Shown here: positions 50,647-64,000 of the stretch, one piece after another
Layout: the number at the start of each line of letters is the position of its first letter
How positions within the stretch are numbered: the stretch's first letter is position 1
Source of the DNA: Piromyces finnis finn
Taxonomy: Eukaryota; Fungi; Neocallimastigomycota
Length of the DNA stretch: 64,000 bases
NCBI GenBank assembly: GCA_002104945.1
Contig: MCFH01000036.1
Location: forward strand, 186,001-250,000
Direction: 5' to 3'
Program-made: the position numbers and the translations under genes
Notes under the pieces: generated by a model
What the model was told of the DNA's origin: nothing
Database searches by the model: none
What the model saw: only the letters and a program-made list of their open reading frames with translations

Positions 50647-53600
50647 TTAATTCCATGAATTTGGAATTTGATTAAAAAGTTCTTTAACTTCAAAATAAAA
50701 ATCAAGAGGTTCTTCTTCCAAACTAATAATTTCGTGAATCATATAGTATGGAGAAGGTAGTAGATGATTATGATCTTCTTGATAAATATTAGCTCCTTGC
50801 TCTATTAAATATTTAATCATATCAATATCTTGAATACGTATGGCATTAATAAGTGGAGTACTGCAGGATTGTCCATTCATTTCATCAATGGCTTCAAAAT
50901 TGACATCGGCTCCATGCTCTACTAAATATTTTACTAAACCTAAATTAGTGGTTCGAATGGCAAAAATTAATGCAGTACCTTCTAAATACGAATTATAATA
51001 CTTTGTAATGTTAGGATTGACACCGTAATCAATGAGACATTTCATTATACCAATCTTTCGTTGTTGAATGGCTGTGATAAGGGCATGACTTAGATTATGC
51101 TCAATTCGTTGAACATTAGCTTCATGTTCCAAAAGATAACGTACCATTTGAGAATTACCATAGGTTACGGCATTAATTAATGGATTATCTTTAGCATCAT
51201 ATTCAGTGTAAACTTCGGCGCCAGAGTCAATAAGACACTTAACAATGTCAACATTACCGGTTTGAATGGCTAATACAAGGGGTGGAATATCTTTAAGCTC
51301 AACTTGATGTTGACCATCGTTAAGGGAAAGAACATGAACAATGGCACCATACTTTACTAATGAATGAATAATGGCTAGATTTTCGGTTTGTATAGCAACA
51401 TTTAACGGATTCTTATTCCAACGATTACCTGTATTCACTTCTGCCCCTTGTTGAATTAAATAATTCACTGCTTCTATATTTTCATTTTCTATGGCGTAAA
51501 AGAGAGGAATATCACCCCAATAATTTTTTTCAGTGTTCACCTCGGTTTTCATTAAATGTTTTATGGTTTCCATGGCATTGATTTTCACAGCATGAATTAA
51601 ATCAATATTAATGGTTTTATTCTTGGTTTTCACAACGGCACCATGATCAATTAAATATTTCACTATATCAATATTGCCAAACTTAACGGCATAGTAAAAG
51701 GGTGTTTTACCCTTTATTCCTTTACCATTAACATCAGCGCCATGTTCAATTAAATAATGAATGATGCTAATATCTATGTTTTTAATTTGAATTGCTGTAA
51801 TTAACGGAGTTTCACCTTGACCATCCTTAAGGTTTGGATCAGCACCTTGATCAATTAAATATTTTACAATGGATAAATTCTTTTCGTGAATGGCAGAGAG
51901 TAATGGTGTATCACCATCATCATTTGGCTTATTTACATCTGCACCAAGATCAACTAAATATTCTACCAACTTTAAACTTTTACTGAAAGAAATTGCATAG
52001 GTTAGCGCAGTATCCCCCCAGGAATAAATTTTATTGATATCAATTCCACCCTCAACTAAACATTTAATCATATCTTGATTCATTGTATTACAAACCTTCA
52101 TAAATGGCGTATTATAGCAATCATCCTCTTGATTTATCTTCGCACCTGCATCAATGATACATTTAAGAATATCAGCATCCCCCGTGTTAATTGCTTGCAT
52201 TAAGGGAGTAATATTTTTGTTGACAAATAAACTATTGACATCTACACCTCTTTCGATTAAATAGTTTACCGAATTTACTTTGCGATTTAAAATAGCAAAG
52301 TAGAGACAGGTATAAATATTTGCTCCACAATCCAAGAAATATCCTAGAATATCCGTGGCTTCCGCATTAATTGCATAAATCATAGGATCTTCAAGGTTTT
52401 CATCCTTACTATCATATCCAATAAATTTTGGTATTAATAATTTTATTAAATAGAGTTTGTCTTTATGGATTAATTTTTCAATTAATACATTACAGATTTT
52501 AATCACCTTGATGCCTTGTTTAATTAAATACTTAATAATTATATCATTTCCTGTTTCAAAGGCATAAATTAATAAATTGTTACCATATCCGTCTACTGCA
52601 TTAATATCTATATAGTTAGAGATTAACATTTTTAGTATATCAAGTCTACCTTTATATACCATATCTTTAACAACTTCAAAGGTAATACACTGACTATGAT
52701 AGAGAGCAAGGTACTCCATAATTTGGATATCTATATGATCAGTAACATACATCAGTACTGAATTACCATTACTGTCAAAACAATTTATATTCAATCCTTT
52801 TTTGTCAAATTGTTTTAACAGGCTGACTTTCTCTTCAACAGTAAAAACATCTGACTTAATTAAAGTTAAAAGAGGCATTTCTCCAGGTTCAACCATTTCA
52901 TTAAGTAATAAAGTGTCGCTTTCTAATAACATGGAGAAAATCTTGGTATTTTTTATTTTGAGAGCAATATCCAAGGCAGAATGTCCATAATGATTTTTAT
53001 TTCTTTTGAAATTTACGTTTGCATCCATAGCCACTAAACATTTTATAGTCTCGTGATCCTCCTTAAGAATTGCATAGTGTAAAATACTGTAACCATAATA
53101 ATCCAATTCATTAACATCTAAGTACTGCACTAACATTTTATATATTTCTTGGTGGCCTAATAAATAAGAAAGAATTAATGGGGTAAAATAGTTCATCGAA
53201 AATTCATTATCATCTTGATTTTTCGTTTTCTCCATTATAGCTTTTACAACTTCCACATTGTTATTATAGATAGCATTAACCAAGGAAAGATGATTTACCG
53301 GAACCGGAAGGTTTCTTTTAAATAATTGTTGAAGAACATTATAATTTTTGTTTTTAAGAGCTAATATGAATAGAGGGGTATCATTCGTATCAGTTACATT
53401 ATTGCTGATTTTTTGATCTAATAAGTATTCAAAGATGTCTAAATCCATAAAAGATGCGGTTATCATTGGTAAATCACCATTTTTATCGGGGACATTTAAA
53501 TCAATTACTTTTTTTAATTCTTGATTTTCTAAAAGGTATTTCAATGGTTGATATTGATGTAATTTAATAAGAATATTTGCTATTAATGAAAGATTTTGGA

Positions 53601-54930
53601 CATCAAACTTTTTTATGGTGGATAGTTCAACTTTGTCCCATTGATTAAGAACATCTAAAGATGGTACACCAAATAACTTTTTAATAAGTAGTTTTAATGT
53701 TTCAATATTATTTATTTTACTAGAGGATAAAAGGATCTTTTCAAAACTACTGGTTGTCATATCAAATGGTTCCGGGTGATAGCTTTTGTTTATAAATGTT
53801 TCTTCAACGATAAGATTTATATACAAAGGATTACTTATTTTGCATAAAGCCAATAAAATTTTCCCTACATTTGCATTAGTAAACTCTAATGTTTTGTTAT
53901 TAAACATTAATGTGACAAAGTATTGAAAAATACTAATAATTTTTATTTGACTTGATGCTAATAGAAGTGTTTCTATTTGAGGATCTATATTAAAATTAAC
54001 CGATTCATGATTTAATAATTGATCTATGACATATTTTAAAAAATCATCATCTACTATTTCTTGAACAGCCAAGAAAACTTCTTCAATCATTGAAAAACTC
54101 ATTTTGCAATTTAATAATTCATTAATAAAATACTTTAATATTGAGAGTGTATCATTATGAACTTGCTTTAAAAATAATAAAGTAGTAGCAATATTGATAT
54201 TTTCCAATGTGAAAGTTTTATGATGTAAGGATTTTTCGAGCATTAATTTTATTAAATCATGAGGGTAATTATTTTGATTAACGTATTCAATTATTCTTAG
54301 TAAAACCGCTTCAAAACTAACGACTTTAAAATTAAATGTTTTATGTGTGATACAATTTTCAATCGTTGACTTTACCAAGTCTGTACTATTGTAAGTATTA
54401 CAAACGGTTTTTAATATATTTTCAAATTTTATTAATTTAAAATCAAAAGATGGGTGAGATAAAGATTTTTTGATAAAAAAATCGATAAATACAGTGCTAC
54501 CCATGTCACTAATATATTCCATATCTTCCACGCCAATTTCCCATATATTGAATAATACCTTTTCAAAACAAATTTTCTTGAATGAAAATTTTGTATTATC
54601 TAACAAAGTAGTAATTAAAAATTTTAAAATATCAATTCTTTGTTGAATTTTCTCGGGTTTAAAAAACTTTTTTGAGAAATATAATTCCATGTTAAACTTG
54701 TTAAAATCAAATTGTTTACTATTCACTAATTTTTCTACGAAAACATAATTATCATTTTCTAATAACTCATCAATTAATTCACATAATAGATATTCATTAA
54801 AATTGGAATTGTGGTTAATACCACAGTTTTCAAAAAATAAATCTATGGCCTCAGTATTATTTGAATAAAAGGCTTTTTCATACCAATCATTTTTATTGGA
54901 AAACTTTAACTCTTCCTTACCTATCATCAT
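50647..54930 (-). CDS. Large ankyrin-repeat protein, intronless, 1427 aa, with an N-terminal ~450-aa non-canonical helical repeat domain
   Basis: More than 20 ankyrin-type repeats (GDTPLLSAIHEKNLSIVKYLIDQGADPN, GETPLITAIQ, GKTPFYYAVKFGNIDIVKYLIDHGA). Confidence 0.92.
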   Translation of the reverse strand: MMIGKEELKFSNKNDWYEKAFYSNNTEAIDLFFENCGINHNSNFNEYLLCELIDELLENDNYVFVEKLVNSKQFDFNKFNMELYFSKKFFKPEKIQQRIDILKFLITTLLDNTKFSFKKICFEKVLFNIWEIGVEDMEYISDMGSTVFIDFFIKKSLSHPSFDFKLIKFENILKTVCNTYNSTDLVKSTIENCITHKTFNFKVVSFEAVLLRIIEYVNQNNYPHDLIKLMLEKSLHHKTFTLENINIATTLLFLKQVHNDTLSILKYFINELLNCKMSFSMIEEVFLAVQEIVDDDFLKYVIDQLLNHESVNFNIDPQIETLLLASSQIKIISIFQYFVTLMFNNKTLEFTNANVGKILLALCKISNPLYINLIVEETFINKSYHPEPFDMTTSSFEKILLSSSKINNIETLKLLIKKLFGVPSLDVLNQWDKVELSTIKKFDVQNLSLIANILIKLHQYQPLKYLLENQELKKVIDLNVPDKNGDLPMITASFMDLDIFEYLLDQKISNNVTDTNDTPLFILALKNKNYNVLQQLFKRNLPVPVNHLSLVNAIYNNNVEVVKAIMEKTKNQDDNEFSMNYFTPLILSYLLGHQEIYKMLVQYLDVNELDYYGYSILHYAILKEDHETIKCLVAMDANVNFKRNKNHYGHSALDIALKIKNTKIFSMLLESDTLLLNEMVEPGEMPLLTLIKSDVFTVEEKVSLLKQFDKKGLNINCFDSNGNSVLMYVTDHIDIQIMEYLALYHSQCITFEVVKDMVYKGRLDILKMLISNYIDINAVDGYGNNLLIYAFETGNDIIIKYLIKQGIKVIKICNVLIEKLIHKDKLYLIKLLIPKFIGYDSKDENLEDPMIYAINAEATDILGYFLDCGANIYTCLYFAILNRKVNSVNYLIERGVDVNSLFVNKNITPLMQAINTGDADILKCIIDAGAKINQEDDCYNTPFMKVCNTMNQDMIKCLVEGGIDINKIYSWGDTALTYAISFSKSLKLVEYLVDLGADVNKPNDDGDTPLLSAIHEKNLSIVKYLIDQGADPNLKDGQGETPLITAIQIKNIDISIIHYLIEHGADVNGKGIKGKTPFYYAVKFGNIDIVKYLIDHGAVVKTKNKTINIDLIHAVKINAMETIKHLMKTEVNTEKNYWGDIPLFYAIENENIEAVNYLIQQGAEVNTGNRWNKNPLNVAIQTENLAIIHSLVKYGAIVHVLSLNDGQHQVELKDIPPLVLAIQTGNVDIVKCLIDSGAEVYTEYDAKDNPLINAVTYGNSQMVRYLLEHEANVQRIEHNLSHALITAIQQRKIGIMKCLIDYGVNPNITKYYNSYLEGTALIFAIRTTNLGLVKYLVEHGADVNFEAIDEMNGQSCSTPLINAIRIQDIDMIKYLIEQGANIYQEDHNHLLPSPYYMIHEIISLEEEPLDFYFEVKELFNQIPNSWN

Positions 54931-56247
54931 GACTTTTTTTTTTTTTATTTTTATATATTATTTTGTAATTTTAATTATATATATTTTTTATTAAATTGGT
55001 TCAATAAAAAATATATTATCGAGTGTATCTTAATTTATTTTTTATTATTATTATTGTTTTAAAATATTATATTTCTTATTTATTTATATTTTTATCGGAA
55101 CCTTGGTTATATAATTGACTTTTACTTTACGATTAAACTTGGACTTTACGTTTTTTATTATTTAATATGATTTTTTTTTTTTTTTTAAATTATTATATTA
55201 TAAATAAACAACAATACATTATATATTTTATGTAAAATTATCAGTTTCTAATGGTAAAGTAAAAAAAATGGTTATATGTTTATATAGGAAGGAATGTGTC
55301 AAAACATCTTTTTTTTTTTTTCCTAATAAATGATTAGTAAATTTTTAAATGAAAAGTTTCTTTTATTTTTTATAAGCCTTTTTTTTTTTTTTTTTTTTCC
55401 ATTTTCCTTATTTATTTATTTATTTTTTTATATATTACCATTTAATATTTTTAATATAATTAATATAAAATATCCAAAATTTTTTTACTAAATAAAGCAA
55501 ATTAAATAAAATTAATAAAGTTTAATTTATTAAATTAATTTTATTAAATCTTGATTTATTTAAACTTTTTTGATAGAATTTCTATAAAAGAAAAAAGTTG
55601 TTTACTTTTATAAAAAGGTCACTTTTTAAAAAAAGAATATTTATATGAATATTTAATATTTTTTTTTTTTAAAAAAAAGATACCTTTAAAAAACATGGAA
55701 ATGACTTATTTATTTATATATTATTATATTATATTACATTTAATAAATAAGAACTCTAAAATTAAGTAAGATCAATTATTTCTTTTGATCAAAAGTTACC
55801 AAGAACAACTAATTAAATTTTCTAAAGTCTCTTGTTACATTATTGTAATGCATTGGATTTTGTTTTTATTTATTTGCTTTGGTTATTTTTATGTTTATTT
55901 ATTATTATTTTTAATACCACTTCATTTTGTATTACTTTGTTGCTGCACTGTTATATAATATAAATATATTAATATATAATTTCTAATATAATTTATTAAA
56001 TAAGAAATCTATTATATGAATTAAATGCTGTTTTAAACAATAAAAAAAAAAAATAAAATCAATTATTCTTTCATTTATTGACATGTCATATCTTTTTTTA
56101 TAAATGAAAAGAGTACGGATATATGGTTGTATAGTTGTATAATTTTGATTTTTTAAATATATATATATATCAAAAAAAAAAAAAAATAGTCCAAAATTAT
56201 AGCACATAAATAAAAAGATTAACTATGTAATAATTTATTTAATATAT

Positions 56248-56298
56248 AACAACAACAACAATAACAACAACAACAATAACAACAACAACAACAACAAC

Positions 56299-56358
<60 letters not shown>
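56248..56358. repeat. Compound (AAC)n(AAT)n microsatellite
   Basis: Seen directly, in the 3' flank of the TTC14-like gene. Confidence 0.9.
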
Positions 56359-56359
<1 letters not shown>

Positions 56360-56530
56360 TGCAGAAATGTGGGTATTTTATAATGTAAAAATTAAAATAT
56401 TTCCTTTCTTATAGACTTACATTCATTATGTAACATAATAAAATTAATGGGTAAAAAAAAATTGTATTTTTATAATTTTTTTTATTAATTTTTTTTTTTT
56501 TTATATTATTACTATCAAAGAATCCTTTAA

Positions 56531-58087
56531 TTATTTATTATCTTCTTCAATTTCTTTAGGATGCTCACTTTGTTTTGAAGATTGTGAATATTTTCTATTA
56601 CTTTCTCCATCACTATCTTTATTATAATGATGGCCATCATCTTTTCTTCTTTTACTGTGACTTTTATGATGATGATAACTTTGTCTTTTTCTTTTTGAGG
56701 AATGATGATAATTCTCACTATCATTACTTTCGCTGTTACTATAATCATTCCCACTTTCACTACCACTTTCATTTCTATGATGGTGAGATTTTTTTTCTTT
56801 TTTATGGTTATCATTTGAATAATGTTTGCTACTATAACTAGATATAGAGGATGAATCGCTTACAGAGGAATCACTAGAATCACTGGAATAATCAGATGAT
56901 GATGATTCATCTGATGAAGATGGATCACTAGAATACCTTGAAGAATGATGTCTGCTATGCTTTCTTCTACTGGAACTATGTCGATGACTTTTACTCCTAC
57001 TACTATGATGTCTCCTATGTTTTTTTGAACTTCTACTTCGCTTTCTGTTATGCCTTTTTCTTTTTTTCTTTTTAGATTTTGAATTTAAATCTTCCCTTGA
57101 TGGTGAAGTAACAATCATATCCATAAACAATGGTGAAGTGATTAATTTACTATTATCTAAAATAAGATCCTATAAAATTATATAATGATTATTTTAAAAG
57201 GATAAATAGTATGGATATAGATTTAATGGATATATGTATATGAATAAAAGAGGAATAGTTAACATTTATTGGAAAAAAAAAAAAAAAAAAAAATACATAT
57301 ATTATTATTAATAATAAAATAATTATATTTTTCAATAATTGAAATAATTTTTAAATAAAATAAAAAATACCTCTTTTGATTGTGCTTCTCTTTTATTTCT
57401 TTCTTCTTCTTCTATCTTTTTACGTTCTATTTCTTTTATTTTATCTTCTTCTGCTTTTCGATTTTGAGTTGCTTTTAAATATTTCTTAGCATTGGCACAT
57501 TTAGGATCGATTTGTAATGCCTTTTCAAAATTCCTAATAGCTAAAACGTAATGTTCTTGATTTGCATAACTTTTTTTTTTTTTTAGTAATTAATAATGAA
57601 AGCATTGGAATTGAATTTAAATATAATTTAAAATTAAATTTTAGAAAAAATAACTTAACATTATATATAATATAGTTTCACCTTAACGAAATAAAATAAT
57701 TATAATAAAAAAAAATAAAAGTAAATCAAAATTAAATTCTTACGCTGCTCCTTTTGCAACATATGCATCTACACAATCAGGATCTATTTCAATGGCATGA
57801 TTGTATATTTTAATAGCTTTTTCATACTCATTAGATTTTGCTAGTGTAACACCTTTATATGTCCTTTAATATATATATGTATATATAAAAAAAGTATTTA
57901 TAATAATTTTATTAAATAAAAATTCATTTAATTATATGCTTGTTAAAAAAAAAAAAAAGGATGTTGTGAATATCGTTTTAATATATAATTGAAATATTAC
58001 AATTCATGGGACCAGACACTATTTTGCTTTTTACGCATGTCAAGATAATCCCAATCTTTTTCTTCATTGCTTTAATATTTCCATTGT

Positions 58088-58121
<34 letters not shown>

Positions 58122-58643
58122 CCGTTTCAAATAATTATGTATAATATATGCAATTAGAAATATAATTTCATTAAATAATATAATAAAAAGAAAATAATTT
58201 AATAATTAATGATAAAAAAAAATATAATTATGAATATAATTATAATTATTTTATTAATATATAGATATTATTGGTATTAATTATTTGTATTAAACATACT
58301 TGCTATCTTGAGGGGTATATGTATTTTGGGTACTCAAAAGAGAAGAAAAATATTTATGGGTATCAATGCCCCAATGCATTGTCCATTCATCTAATGCAAA
58401 AGGATTATTTTCATTATAATATTTTTCTATGATGGACCTTGGAGAGGAAGTTGGTGAAATATCTCTTAACCAATGCTCTACTTTTGATTTATAATTATTT
58501 TTAGCTATAAGTTGGTCAAGTTGTTTATCAATATCAACAATATTGATATTCTTTTGGGAGGAGGAATTAAGCGTCGAATTATCATTTTCTTGTTCTTTTA
58601 CGATATCATAATCTTTATTTTCTGTTGACATTATATTTTCCAT
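56531..58643 (-). CDS. TTC14: TTC14-like TPR protein with Arg/Ser/His/Lys-rich C-terminus, 5 exons
   Basis: Exons start at 58643, ~58068, ~57863, 57569 and 57169 and join in phase as ...LDMRKKQNSVWSHELTYKGVTLAKSNEYEKAIKIYNHAIEIDPDCVDAYVAKGAAYANQEHYVLAIRNFEKALQIDPKCANAKKYL. This resembles human TTC14 LRKKQSASWA...VEALVARGALYA...NARKYL (from memory). Confidence 0.75.
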
Positions 58644-59192
58644 ATTTTATTTTATTTTATTTTATTTTATTTTATTTTATTTTATTTTATTTTTTTTATA
58701 TTATCATATTATTATTGCCAAGTAAAAAAAAAAAGTATTTATTCTCTAAGTGAAATCAAACTTATGAAAAATAAAAAAAAAATAAAAAAAATAAAAATTA
58801 AACTATAATGCGTATATTTTTATTTAAAAATTAAATGTAAAAAAAATTTTTTTTTTTTTTTTTTTTTACTATTTTAACACAAAATATTTAATAAAATATT
58901 AAAATATATTTATTTATTTAATGGTTTAAAAAAAATATTATTATCATTATTACTGTAAAAAGTAAAAAAAAAAAAAAAAAAAAACTAATTAATAAAGGAA
59001 CTACAATATATATATATGTATTTTTTTTTTTTGTGTGTGTGTAGTATGTATTTTTAAATTATATAAAAAATTTATATTAAATAAAAAAAAATTTAAAAAA
59101 AAAAAAACAATCTTTCTTTGTATTTTGTATACATATTAAATAAAGAAATTTATTGATACTCTTCTCTATTTTTTTTTTTCCTTTCATTTTAC

Positions 59193-63797
<4,605 letters not shown>

Positions 63798-64000
63798 TTT
63801 CAATCGAATTTACTATTTCCTGAATATTTTTGTATAAAATATATTTAAATGTTATTGAATATAGAGTAGATATTTAAGAGTTGATTTGTTGACAGATAGA
63901 TAGATAAAAATAAAATTGAAATTGATTTTTCCTACTTTAAAAATGATATTCTTATGATTTTATATATTATAACAATAAAAAAAAAAAAAGATATAAATAA

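Overview
Extremely AT-rich, intron-rich eukaryotic DNA with long A/T homopolymers and (AAT)n arrays. The composition and gene content fit an anaerobic gut fungus (Neocallimastigomycota), which is an inference. Genes, left to right: a PRL/PTP4A-type phosphatase running off the left edge (minus strand, missed by the ORF track, with a 22-nt micro-exon); a possible small spliced membrane-protein ORF; a CINP homologue head-to-head with a ~10.7-kb Blm10/PA200 gene ending in YYA; RPE1, with a 4-copy minisatellite in its last intron; an accessory interval (18.3-28.9 kb) holding an intronless orphan ORF of about 455 aa, decayed coding relics and variant microsatellites; an intronless two-finger GATA factor; a ~15-kb gene-poor stretch with isolated exon-like segments; a two-exon 7TM GPCR-like gene; an intronless 1427-aa ankyrin protein with an N-terminal non-canonical repeat domain; a TTC14-like TPR/RS gene; and a GH31 alpha-glucosidase. 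I could not support any tRNA, rRNA, CRISPR array or intact transposon. The best leads are the orphan ORF cassette, the RPE1 intronic repeats that look like in-frame cassette micro-exons, a ~1-kb AG-free array sitting between branch point and acceptor in Blm10, and the 7TM, ankyrin and GATA oddities. All homology calls come from motif recognition from memory, not from database searches.
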